From: Candidatus Hermodarchaeota archaeon
Lineage (GTDB): Archaea; Asgardarchaeota; Heimdallarchaeia; Hodarchaeales; Hodarchaeaceae
NCBI GenBank assembly: GCA_048886185.1
Contig: JBHLKY010000004.1
Location: 1-32,000, forward strand
Reading direction: 5' to 3'
Length of the DNA stretch: 32,000 bases
The notes beneath the pieces are model-generated. The model was not told the origin of the DNA, made no database searches, and saw only the letters and a program-made list of their open reading frames with translations. The position numbers were made by a program, and so were the translations under genes. Below are positions 16,249 to 26,045 of this stretch, piece by piece (position 1 is the stretch's first letter; the number at the start of each line of letters is the position of its first letter).

Positions 16249-18117
16249 CTAAGGATTTAATTCCGTTATTAACCAATCTAATGCTAATTCTTGAAGTTTG
16301 GCTGGAGTCGGTATTCCATCATTATTCCATCCTCTATTTGTGTAATAAGCATCTAGAAGAGGCTCCAGATCTACAATATGTCCTTTCGCAGGGCCCTCAG
16401 GCATAGGTTCTTCCAAAAATCGTATTGGAAGAGTATCATCGGCTCTGGTTAAGCCTTCCCTAATATTATAGGCTCTTTGAAGATTAAAAATCCTTTCACC
16501 TGTTTTTCTAAAATCAGCCTCAGTGAAGTCTTTCCATCCATAAAGGGTGGCAATCAATGTTGCCCAATCCTCTCCTGTAAGTACCATTCCCATGAACTTA
16601 CATCCTCCTATAGAGTCAAAAACTCCAAAAGCATCCTCATAATCCTTGAGTATCCTAGTATCCTCGGGGGTCGCTTCAAGGTCATCACTAAGTTCTCCAT
16701 CAACAAGAGTAAAGGGTAAAGATAAAAACGTGGGTCCTTCGATAAAAGATGTCATGTGGTCTCCTCCACGATTTGCTGTAGCAAATCCAACTCCTGTTAT
16801 CTTAGCTGCTCTACTGTCATATGCTGGGAGCTCGAGACCTTTGACATGCATAGCAAATTTTTCAGATCCTTGGCCTAATTTTTCAGACATGACCTTTGTC
16901 CCTTCAGCTAATAAGTTTCCAAGTTTTCCTTCTCTCTTGGCAATTCTATTGACAAGCTCTACCATAACATCTGTATTACCAAAATTAACATCCAATCCAT
17001 CAGTATCAGTTAGGATTCCTTTTTCATAACACTCCATCGCGAAAGCTATTGTGGCACCTGTGGATATTGAGTCCAATCCGTATTCGTTACAGAGAAAATG
17101 AGCGTAAGTAATTGCTTCTAAGTTATCGATGTCACACATACTACCAAGAGAACAGAGTGATTCGTACTCTGGCCCTTCCCCCTTGCTGGCATAAGTACCT
17201 TCCTTAATTTCAGTGATTCGTCCACAATGAATGGGACATGCAAAACATGGTTTTCTCTCAACGAGAATTTTATCATTGATTGCCTCACCATTTATTTTCT
17301 CTGCTTCTTTAAAGATCCCAATTTGAAAGTTTCTAGTAGGGAATCCCCCCTTTTCATTAACTAGATCCAGCATTGCAGCAGTTCCAAAAACCTCTAAAGT
17401 CATTTTCAATAAGCTCTGGTTGACCCAATCGAACCGTTTCTTTGCTTCCTCTTTATATTTCTCTGAATCTGCAACAATCACCTTTGCTGAGCCCCGTGAG
17501 GCGATCGCTTTTAATCTTTTTGATCCCATAACGGCTCCTAATCCACATCTTCCAGCAGCTCTCCCCCAGTTTTCTTCGTTCGCATCATTCATTATTGCTG
17601 CAAACTTTACTAGATTTTCTCCTCCTATCCCTATACAAGCGATATTAAATTTCCCGCCAAGTTCTTCTCTTATCAGTTTTGTTGTTTCTGAGGTATTCTT
17701 GCCCCAAAGATGAGTGGCATCCCTTATTTCAGCTTTCCCTTCATCTGTTACAAGATATACTGGTTTATCTGAAACTCCCTCAAAAATAACTCCATCAAAA
17801 CCTGATCTTTTGAGATCTCGTCCCCAAAATCCACCAGAGTTCGCATGTCCCCAAAATTGAGTAAGAGGAGATTTCGCAACTACTGAATATCGTCCTGTAC
17901 TTGGAGATGAAGTACCAGTCATTGCTCCAGTCATGAAAATAAGCTTATTCTCAGAGCTCAACGGATCTATTCCTGCTTTGACTTCATCAAAAAGATATTT
18001 TGTAGCCAATCCAGCTCCTCCTAAGAACATCTTAAGAGTTTCATCATCTGGAAATTCTTCTGTTATCGTTCCAGTTGATAAATTGATTCTTAATATTTTA
18101 CCCATATAACCATACAT
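16249..18117 (-). CDS. aor: Tungsten-dependent aldehyde:ferredoxin oxidoreductase
   Basis: MYGYMGKILRINLS start, KSPLT, AAGRCGLGAVMGSKRLKA, CFACPIHC plus a distal Cys as 4Fe-4S ligands, and the YGLDSIS pterin motif. Confidence 0.93.
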   Translation of the reverse strand: MYGYMGKILRINLSTGTITEEFPDDETLKMFLGGAGLATKYLFDEVKAGIDPLSSENKLIFMTGAMTGTSSPSTGRYSVVAKSPLTQFWGHANSGGFWGRDLKRSGFDGVIFEGVSDKPVYLVTDEGKAEIRDATHLWGKNTSETTKLIREELGGKFNIACIGIGGENLVKFAAIMNDANEENWGRAAGRCGLGAVMGSKRLKAIASRGSAKVIVADSEKYKEEAKKRFDWVNQSLLKMTLEVFGTAAMLDLVNEKGGFPTRNFQIGIFKEAEKINGEAINDKILVERKPCFACPIHCGRITEIKEGTYASKGEGPEYESLCSLGSMCDIDNLEAITYAHFLCNEYGLDSISTGATIAFAMECYEKGILTDTDGLDVNFGNTDVMVELVNRIAKREGKLGNLLAEGTKVMSEKLGQGSEKFAMHVKGLELPAYDSRAAKITGVGFATANRGGDHMTSFIEGPTFLSLPFTLVDGELSDDLEATPEDTRILKDYEDAFGVFDSIGGCKFMGMVLTGEDWATLIATLYGWKDFTEADFRKTGERIFNLQRAYNIREGLTRADDTLPIRFLEEPMPEGPAKGHIVDLEPLLDAYYTNRGWNNDGIPTPAKLQELALDWLITELNP

Positions 18118-18204
18118 TCTGAAAAATCTCCAATAAAAAGTTATATTTCAACTTTTTATCTTTTTAATTTTTCCTAGATGTTCAATTTATTTAGCTATTG
18201 GAAG

Positions 18205-18274
18205 ATTTGCTAATATTAATCCACAGGAGTAACTCTTAAATTATATCTTTATAATTAGTATATTTACTAATATT
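18205..18274. promoter_or_regulatory. Candidate operator in the divergent aor / SCP2-adh promoter
   Basis: Inverted repeat ATTAGTA-N4-TACTAAT (18254-18271). Direct repeat ATTT(G/A)CTAATATT at 18205-18217 and 18262-18274. Confidence 0.35.
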
Positions 18275-18336
18275 GGATGGAAATAGAGTTAAAAACCTAT
18301 TGAAAGTCGAATGAGTATTTTAGGAGAACTAAAAAC

Positions 18337-18777
18337 ATGAACCCAGATGAAAAAATCGTGTTTGGGGAACAAGAATGGCTAGATGCATATGTGAATAGTA
18401 TTAATGGAAGTGAGGCCTACGCACAAGCAGCTAAAGATTGGGAAGGTGACTTTGTGTTTGTGGTAACTCCAGATGGGACTGGTAATTTAACTGAAGAACG
18501 GAGAATGTACGTAGATCTATGGCATGGTAAGTGTCGTGAAGCATATTATGTAACTCCCGAGAAATCAGCTCCAGAAAGTGTACAATATATTTTTGGTGGT
18601 AAATATGGAGATTGGCTAAAAGTGTTCGATGGGAAACTTGATCCATTGAAAGGAGTTCTTCAAAGAAAATTTAAAGTTGAATGTAGTCCGAAAGCAATGG
18701 CCAAGATGCTACGCGCAGTGAAAGCTTCACAAGAACTAGTAAAATGTACACAGATGGAGAATGTTGTTTATCCTTAA
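18337..18777 (+). CDS. SCP2 sterol/lipid-binding domain protein
   Basis: WLDAYVNSIN...AAKDWEGDFVF, DLWHGKC, and GKLDPLKGVLQRKFKV, typical of the SCP2 C-terminal part. Confidence 0.75.
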   Translation: MNPDEKIVFGEQEWLDAYVNSINGSEAYAQAAKDWEGDFVFVVTPDGTGNLTEERRMYVDLWHGKCREAYYVTPEKSAPESVQYIFGGKYGDWLKVFDGKLDPLKGVLQRKFKVECSPKAMAKMLRAVKASQELVKCTQMENVVYP

Positions 18778-18808
18778 CAAACTATGAATAATCTGGGAGA
18801 AATAGAGT

Positions 18809-20005
18809 ATGTGGGATTTTACCAGTCCAAGGAAGGTAATTTTTGGCGAAGATGCTCTAGAATATCTTTCTGAAAAATCATTCAAACATGTATTTATTAT
18901 TACTGATCCTACAATGAAAAAGTTGCATCTTGCTAAAGTGGAAGATCAGTTGAAGCAAAGTAATACAAAAATAACTGTTTTTGATGAAATTCCTGGTGAA
19001 CCTACCTTACAGATTGTACAAAAGGGAGCCACAGTTTTAGTTAAAACTCAACCTGATGTTATTATTGCATTGGGTGGGGGTAGTGTTATTGATTCAGCTA
19101 AAGGAATGTGGGCTATATGGGCTAATTATGATGAAGGCCTTGATGCAATTGAGGGTCTTGATCCAATAGGAGACTTAAATCTTAGGGAGAAAACGAGATG
19201 CGTTCTAATTAACATTCCTACAACGAGCGGTACAGGCAGTGATGCTACTTGGGCAACGGTTCTCACTGACGAATCAAATGATGTAGATCGGAAGGCTTCG
19301 TTTGCTAATCGTGAACTCGTTGGAGATGTAATTATTTTGGATCCTGTTTTTACAAAAACTATGCCTTCCCATCTTCGGGCAGGCACAGGGATGGATGCAC
19401 TGTGTCATTCAATTGATGGGTACCTTTCTGATTGGCGGAATGACTTCTCAGATGCTTTACTAAGACACGCTTTTAAACTCATTTGGGAAAATCTATCAAT
19501 TGCATACGAACAGAGTAAATCTGGAGAAGCTGATACAAAGATACTGGAGAAACTTCATAATGCTGCTACCATGGCTGGGTGGGGTTTTGGTAATTCGCAA
19601 ATCATCTTATCTCATTCGTTAGCCCACAGTGTAGGAGCTGTATTTAATATTCCTCATTCTGTTTGCATTGGAACCATGTGTTGGTATTCACTAATGTACA
19701 ATAAGAATACTGATCCACAAAGAATCGCTGATTTAGCTCGTTTAGTCGGTTTGGAAGGAACTTCAGATGAGGAAATCGCAACCAAGTTGGTTTGTGAGTT
19801 TAAAGAGCTTCTCATTAAACTCGAATTACCACTTTCAATTAAGGACATGAAAGTCACTAAGGAACAATACGAAGCAAAATGTAATAGTCTGATTGATTAT
19901 GCATTGAATGATTCAGGAACCCTTTCTAATCCTAGAACTCTGGATTTTGAGGATTTTGAGAAAATTTTTGAATATGCTTTTTTGGGAAAAGAGGTCGATT
20001 TTTAA
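18809..20005 (+). CDS. Iron-containing alcohol dehydrogenase
   Basis: GGGSVIDSAK, IPTTSGTGSD, GMDALCH, and HSLAH...IPH metal ligands. Starts 31 nt after the SCP2 gene. Confidence 0.92.
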   Translation: MWDFTSPRKVIFGEDALEYLSEKSFKHVFIITDPTMKKLHLAKVEDQLKQSNTKITVFDEIPGEPTLQIVQKGATVLVKTQPDVIIALGGGSVIDSAKGMWAIWANYDEGLDAIEGLDPIGDLNLREKTRCVLINIPTTSGTGSDATWATVLTDESNDVDRKASFANRELVGDVIILDPVFTKTMPSHLRAGTGMDALCHSIDGYLSDWRNDFSDALLRHAFKLIWENLSIAYEQSKSGEADTKILEKLHNAATMAGWGFGNSQIILSHSLAHSVGAVFNIPHSVCIGTMCWYSLMYNKNTDPQRIADLARLVGLEGTSDEEIATKLVCEFKELLIKLELPLSIKDMKVTKEQYEAKCNSLIDYALNDSGTLSNPRTLDFEDFEKIFEYAFLGKEVDF

Positions 20006-20027
20006 TTATAAAGATATAAAAAAAGGA

Positions 20028-20063
20028 TGAAACTAAGTGAGAACATAAGTCAACTTAGTTTCA
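20028..20063. terminator. Bidirectional hairpin terminator between convergent genes
   Basis: Perfect 11-bp inverted repeat TGAAACTAAGT (20028-20038) / ACTTAGTTTCA (20053-20063), with an A-run on the left and a T-run on the right. Confidence 0.65.
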
Positions 20064-20066
20064 CTT

Positions 20067-23045
20067 TTAGTCTCTTCTAAATCTTTCTGGAAGTTTAAGT
20101 TTTCCTTTTCTGTGTAAATAGACCACAACTGCTACTGAACCACCTCCACCGATAGCTAAAACTGCTCCAAAGAGGATCAGTTCGAGTGGAAGTCCAGGTG
20201 CGGTTCCAGCGTTCACGAATTCAATGATATGGGGATCAGATTGGGAGGTTAAGTATAGGTTATCAGTTGCATAGATTATAAAGGTTAAATTGCCACTCTT
20301 CCGATTGACTTTGACATCAAAGTAGTAGAAGCCTGTTTCCTCATCAAATATCATCTCCTGGACTTTCCATTCATTGGTTTCCTCAAATCGATATCCAATG
20401 GTACAATTGAGAACTGTTCCATCAATGTCTGTCACATTGGCCCAAATACGAATGGTGTTTGTTCCGTTCATATCAAGGGGAGAAGGATACGGAAAGCCTA
20501 TGACTTCAATGAATGGCGCGAGTCCGTGGGTATATCTAACTGTATAGATCGTTGTTTCCGATGAAAGACCTGAAAAATCAAAGGCACGAACCATATAATA
20601 CAATGTCCCATTTTCAGTTGGGAGTGGGACATCAAAATAATATAGTCCTGTTGTACTGTTCAGTATCATAGAACCAACAGACCAATAATCGCTTTTAGAA
20701 AACTTATAATAAGTTTCCGCTTCTACTATACCCCCTTGATCATAAATATCAGCAGAAACTTGGATATACTGTTTTCCTGCAAGATCTATTGGTGAACTAA
20801 TCGCTATAACATTTATACTTGGTACTAAACCATCAGAGTAGTAATGAAAAATTGAACTATTTTCAGAGTTCCAAAGATTATCTGTCATGGTTATGAAAAA
20901 ATACACCATGGTATCATTAACTGAGGCAGGAATTACTGCTATATATTGGTAACCAAGCGGAATACTGTGATGAATGAGCTCAATTTCATATCTTGTAATC
21001 GCACCAGAAAATAGCTCTGAAAAATCTTGAATAACTAAAGTAAAATTCCCTTTAGTAAATGCTGCTTCCGATATACCTAAACGAGTTATCTCGATATCTC
21101 TTCTAATATCAGTTGGGCCAGGTTCACGATCAAAAAGCATGAATTGTCTTCCATCATCTAACTTAAGCCAGATACGTAGGTCTGTAGGCATTTCGTGGGT
21201 AATTTCAAATGTTAAAATTGCAGTATCTACTGGACCAGTACGAATAATTTCAAGAGGGAATGAACTAACCGCATTATCTTCAATATAGTGAAGATTGGTA
21301 GCTCTGAAAGTCTCTTGATGATCAACTAGAATTTGGTAATTGATAGTGGCTGCCCCGATAGCACTCCAAGATATTTGATCATCAAAACTATACCAGAGCA
21401 CAGGTTGCATCGAACCAGAATAATCGGAGGAATTAAAAAGAACGAGAGCATTTGAATAATTACTTATAATTGCAGGATATATAGAGTATAAATCTAGGTT
21501 AGGTCCCGTTCCATCAGCGTAGTAAATGTTTACAAAAGTTGTTGTATCATTATTCCCGTAAAAATCCTCCGTTTCAAAGTAGTACTCCACAAAAGCTGTC
21601 TCATTTGTTGCAGGTAAAGTTACATTAAATGTTGATGTGTCAATATTAGGATCCGTAAGCGAAGTGTTTGTCATTTCCATCTTTTTGAACGTGGTTCCAT
21701 TTGGCATGGAATAATAGATATTAACAGACTTAATACCACCTGAATCTTCAACTGTAATGTCGATATTGACTTGGGAGGTAGATAAAGTAATATTTTGGAG
21801 GCCAGGATAACTTTCAATGGCAATATCTGTAACTCGTGGCGCCAAACTGTCAATGTCAACATAGCGAAGGGGGGATCTTCCTTCACGTCCTTTGATACCA
21901 CCCACTCTATCAGAAACATTAGCCCGAAGTTCCATTGTAGTTTCCACTTCTAATAGACTAAAAGCTGGAATAGCTGCCGTAAAATAGTGAGTATTGGCAA
22001 ATTCACCAAACCAATCCATATTGATTATTGACCAATTAGTATCACCAACAAACCTGTAATATACAATTCCACTGTTCGTATCTACTGTACCAGCTCCATC
22101 TGGATCTATGACGGAAACATTCACATTTAAATCATCGTATGCACTAAGAACAACCCTTGGTGATTCTACTGGGTCTATGATTGTAACAATGGGTGTAAAA
22201 TCCATAAGGAACGTGTAATGGTCAGATACTGAACTTTGGTTTAGATCATCATAGGCTTCGAAATAATATTCAACGAATGTATCATCATTGGCTGCAGGAA
22301 TAGTCCAGCTATATTCCTCGAATTGAAGAAGAATGTCATCAAATCTCGGAATACGGGGAATGAGGTCGTCATATGATACTGCGAAAAAGCTATACCCAAG
22401 AGTAGGAGTTGTACTTTGGTATGTCTCGGTACCTAAATCATTTGAGTCATCCAGACCATAACCACCCGCCTCATGAACAATTTGCCATTCACCAGTTGTG
22501 AAATTTCTTGCACTGATGATAACATATACTAGGGCTCTGTTTACCCCAATTGTTACATCTATACTAGATACTACTGAAGCATCATAGGTGTACTCTCCAT
22601 ATCGCCATAGCGTAGGAGAAGAAGTTTTTACACCGGTTTCAGTTACATACCCTACTTCTCCGATTAAGTCAAAACCAAGATCAACTGTATCAATGATGGG
22701 TTGTGTAGTTGAGCCAACTGCAGTATTACTGAATAAAGTCTCATTTATAGAAGTATACTTCCAAAATAATGTAGCATTCTGGACGCCATCAATATCTTCA
22801 ATCGAAACAGCCACATCCACATCTTCATCGCTATCAGGATTCGGATTACTTAAAGTTGGTGTGTCAATGACGGGCCCACTAGTATCGCTAACAGAAAAAA
22901 CTGTACGTAATTTTTCAGGAGTTCTAGGTAAAGAAAAATCTGAAGTTTCAGGCCTAATTGAGTGATTTGTATTGGAAAAAACAACAGCCAGACAAAATAT
23001 TAAAATAACAGAAATTATCAAATTGAATCTTTTCATCTCTTTCAA
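20067..23045 (-). CDS. Large cell-surface protein with about six Ig-like repeats, a proprotein-convertase P-like domain and a C-terminal TM anchor
   Basis: Signal peptide. Repeats end in YYxxAxD-like strands (YYFEAYD, YYFETED, YYMVRAFD, FIIYATD). P-domain-like ITHEMPTDLRIWL...GNFTLVIQD. Gly-rich TM helix followed by a basic tail. Confidence 0.8.
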   Translation of the reverse strand: MKEMKRFNLIISVILIFCLAVVFSNTNHSIRPETSDFSLPRTPEKLRTVFSVSDTSGPVIDTPTLSNPNPDSDEDVDVAVSIEDIDGVQNATLFWKYTSINETLFSNTAVGSTTQPIIDTVDLGFDLIGEVGYVTETGVKTSSPTLWRYGEYTYDASVVSSIDVTIGVNRALVYVIISARNFTTGEWQIVHEAGGYGLDDSNDLGTETYQSTTPTLGYSFFAVSYDDLIPRIPRFDDILLQFEEYSWTIPAANDDTFVEYYFEAYDDLNQSSVSDHYTFLMDFTPIVTIIDPVESPRVVLSAYDDLNVNVSVIDPDGAGTVDTNSGIVYYRFVGDTNWSIINMDWFGEFANTHYFTAAIPAFSLLEVETTMELRANVSDRVGGIKGREGRSPLRYVDIDSLAPRVTDIAIESYPGLQNITLSTSQVNIDITVEDSGGIKSVNIYYSMPNGTTFKKMEMTNTSLTDPNIDTSTFNVTLPATNETAFVEYYFETEDFYGNNDTTTFVNIYYADGTGPNLDLYSIYPAIISNYSNALVLFNSSDYSGSMQPVLWYSFDDQISWSAIGAATINYQILVDHQETFRATNLHYIEDNAVSSFPLEIIRTGPVDTAILTFEITHEMPTDLRIWLKLDDGRQFMLFDREPGPTDIRRDIEITRLGISEAAFTKGNFTLVIQDFSELFSGAITRYEIELIHHSIPLGYQYIAVIPASVNDTMVYFFITMTDNLWNSENSSIFHYYSDGLVPSINVIAISSPIDLAGKQYIQVSADIYDQGGIVEAETYYKFSKSDYWSVGSMILNSTTGLYYFDVPLPTENGTLYYMVRAFDFSGLSSETTIYTVRYTHGLAPFIEVIGFPYPSPLDMNGTNTIRIWANVTDIDGTVLNCTIGYRFEETNEWKVQEMIFDEETGFYYFDVKVNRKSGNLTFIIYATDNLYLTSQSDPHIIEFVNAGTAPGLPLELILFGAVLAIGGGGSVAVVVYLHRKGKLKLPERFRRD

Positions 23046-23206
23046 TCCATCCTTAAATTCAGATTGCTGTATTATGTATAAATTTCGACAAGGAATCTCT
23101 TAAATATTCCCAAATGCCATTCTATTATGTGAATAATACAATCTTCTAGAGTTACATAGAATTGTATTCAACTTGATTGTAAAAAAAAGGGGAAAAATAT
23201 TTTGGT

Positions 23207-25723
23207 TTAGTAAGAGCTTCTCTTTTTTCTAATGAATATAACAGCTGCTCCTATTGCTGCTCCTCCAGCCACTACTCCTCCTGCTATTAGTAAGAGTTCA
23301 CCAGGGAAACGGGTTGGTGTGGTTTCATTTCTCATTTCTGGAGGTATAATTTCGAAAGCAATAGCCCCTTCTGTAAATACTTCAAGATCTTCATTTACAG
23401 TTGGATTGTATTCGGTTTCTATATCAAAAGCAAAATTTGGTGCAGTAATGTCCTCAATTGAAACCAATAGAGTGGAATTGGCATAATCTTCAGGGAATGG
23501 AAGATCATATCGCCAGAGATCAATGAATAAATAAGATATGGGAGAAACTGTTAGGATTAGATCTGTACTCCAACTCATTGTTTCATTTACACCTTGTACA
23601 TCCCAAGAGAAGATACTTAACAAGTTAAAATTTCCACCATGGACATCAATGTCGGTAACTGTAGCATTTAAATTGGTAGAAGTGTTTCCTATTAGGAATA
23701 CAGTTATATTATAAATTTTGTACAAATCTAAATTTAAAGGAATGCAAAAAACTAGATTTTGTTCAGTAGATGTAGCATTATTGATAAGATATGTAGTAGT
23801 TGTACTGATCGTATCTTTTGGTATATAATAATCAGGCCCCGTTAAACCAGGGATATTGCGTTCCGTTGTAGATTCATCATCGGCAAAACCTGTTGTTACA
23901 TCAAGAGTACCTGAAAATGATGTTAGTGTATGAGTTCCATTATAGGAAAAACTGGGTGAAATGACTAAAATAGGCACTTCATACTCACGAGTAGGCAATA
24001 TCCAATCAGTTATTCCACCACCTTGCTCAAAATCAATCAGGGAATTGTTTGTCTCTCCTGGCCATGCGTTCCAGACTCCATTATTTTCTTGATTACCTAA
24101 TGTATATTGGTCAGAAAACTGATCGATAAAATCCTCATTATATTTACTCGTTATATCTATATCATAGGTAATAGTTTGATTGACCTGATCACTAGTGGAA
24201 ATATTCACCCAATTGACACGACCTCGAGTTAATGGAAGTTCTATCGCCAATATAGTTTCATTATTTATGGAAAATGGTCCATCCATAGGAGTTTGTACTG
24301 TTATTGTATTGAATCGGATTTTTGCTCCTACATCAAAGTTCGTTAACTCTAGAGCATAGTCACCAGGTGGGATATATCTCCATGTAGTATCATCTATGAA
24401 TCTTTCATCAGATATTTTAATCCATTTGGTTGGTTCAGAAACTGATCTATAAATATCATATTCAAAATTTGCAGTCCAATTCGTTTTCATCATGACAGGC
24501 GTACTGATGGTAAAAGTATAATAGAAATTATAATCTAATGTAATATCAGCATTAAAGATTAATGGACTTGTTTCCAGCGTTGTAATAGAAGGTTCTTCTT
24601 GATAAAAAGCATAATATTTTCCATGTGCTTCTCCTGGAGAAAATAGGACGAGAGTTACTGTTTCAGATTCTTGTGCATAAATTACCATACCGTCTTGGTC
24701 GATAGAACCAGAGATCCATTTATAATGTTCACCAACCAAATACCTAACTGGTTCATTACTTGGAACTCCTGGTCTGACATCTTCCATATCAAAGAATGTA
24801 GTTATTCGATAGTATTCATCTTTAATTAGTGATATATCAAACATTCGGATACTAAATATCTCGTTTTCTGGTTCCATCAATTGATCCGTGGTCTCATTTC
24901 TGAGCCAAGGTGTTCCCTGATTTAATTCTCCACTAATTAATGTACTTAAATTAAGCTTGGGAATATAGGTTGGATATTTCCATGAATGCGGAGCTAAAGT
25001 TACTAGAGTAGAATCATTTGTTATTAATGTAAACTTTTGTACGCCATCAATTGTTGGAAAAATCGGATATGTCATCTTATTTTCAGGGACACCAATGATG
25101 TATCCCTCTGGATAAGCAGATTCGAATTCCAGCCACCCCATTACATTGGTAGCACTAAATCCAACATCAAGATAAAATGGGTTATCACTCTCTACATAGC
25201 CCCAATACTCTACCCATCCTTCAGCGAAGAATGTAGAAGAATAATCCATGTGCAAACTGAGAGGTTTTAACGAATTTTGATTAAACACAGGATTTACCTC
25301 ATTAGTAATCCTTACAGCTCGTGGATAAGGAGTTGGTTCGAAAAAGTCGTGTTGGCTATCCCGAGAAGTGTTTTGAAATAATTCATCTTCCCATTGAAAT
25401 GGAACCATACTACCTCTCATCAGATTAGTACTGATTTGATTCCAACCAAAGTAATCTGTAGAAGCATCTGTATACCAAACTAAATTTGTACTTGTACCCC
25501 AGTATTCTACATCTGTATAATCTGTATCAGGAGGGATAACATAATAATCCCATGAACCATATGTAGCTGGGGTGAAAATATCCTTTACTACTTCTATAGG
25601 AATAATTGGTGTTTGTTTTACCGCTAATAATATCGAAGAGACTGGAAGACTAGTCATTAAAGAAACACAAATGAATATAATTTTCATATTTCTTGATTTA
25701 AACATTTTATCATACCCTTTCAC
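23207..25723 (-). CDS. Large cell-surface (glyco)protein with a C-terminal TM anchor
   Basis: N-terminal hydrophobic signal, beta-rich acidic body with many NxS/T sequons, and a C-terminal PGELLLIAGGVVAGGAAIGAAVIFIRKKR. Confidence 0.8.
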   Translation of the reverse strand: MKGYDKMFKSRNMKIIFICVSLMTSLPVSSILLAVKQTPIIPIEVVKDIFTPATYGSWDYYVIPPDTDYTDVEYWGTSTNLVWYTDASTDYFGWNQISTNLMRGSMVPFQWEDELFQNTSRDSQHDFFEPTPYPRAVRITNEVNPVFNQNSLKPLSLHMDYSSTFFAEGWVEYWGYVESDNPFYLDVGFSATNVMGWLEFESAYPEGYIIGVPENKMTYPIFPTIDGVQKFTLITNDSTLVTLAPHSWKYPTYIPKLNLSTLISGELNQGTPWLRNETTDQLMEPENEIFSIRMFDISLIKDEYYRITTFFDMEDVRPGVPSNEPVRYLVGEHYKWISGSIDQDGMVIYAQESETVTLVLFSPGEAHGKYYAFYQEEPSITTLETSPLIFNADITLDYNFYYTFTISTPVMMKTNWTANFEYDIYRSVSEPTKWIKISDERFIDDTTWRYIPPGDYALELTNFDVGAKIRFNTITVQTPMDGPFSINNETILAIELPLTRGRVNWVNISTSDQVNQTITYDIDITSKYNEDFIDQFSDQYTLGNQENNGVWNAWPGETNNSLIDFEQGGGITDWILPTREYEVPILVISPSFSYNGTHTLTSFSGTLDVTTGFADDESTTERNIPGLTGPDYYIPKDTISTTTTYLINNATSTEQNLVFCIPLNLDLYKIYNITVFLIGNTSTNLNATVTDIDVHGGNFNLLSIFSWDVQGVNETMSWSTDLILTVSPISYLFIDLWRYDLPFPEDYANSTLLVSIEDITAPNFAFDIETEYNPTVNEDLEVFTEGAIAFEIIPPEMRNETTPTRFPGELLLIAGGVVAGGAAIGAAVIFIRKKRSSY

Positions 25724-26045
25724 AAGAATTCGATTATTCTCTAATTCTAATGGTCATCAGTACAGATGTTTTTCTTCATGCTTTAAAAAATATATACATT
25801 CAATTCTGCTTGACAACTCAATTCTTTCAGGATTCATCAAATTAAGCATTTATAATTGTAAAAAGAGGAGTGAGGAAAGAGGAGAGAAAATTTATCTTCT
25901 TTATTATCTACCAAGAATATATATCTTAGTTATTGTCACGATTTATTCTCTCAACTTTAACAATAGATTTATAGCACAATTCAAGTTTTATTCTGAAGTG
26001 AGAAATAAGCACCTATTTTATACACTAATTAAGGAATGTTGAGCT

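Noticed and set aside
25572-26042. 156-aa plus-strand ORF
   Set aside because: It overlaps the start of the 838-aa gene on the opposite strand, runs through an AT-rich divergent promoter, and has an I/F/N/K-biased composition typical of spurious ORFs.
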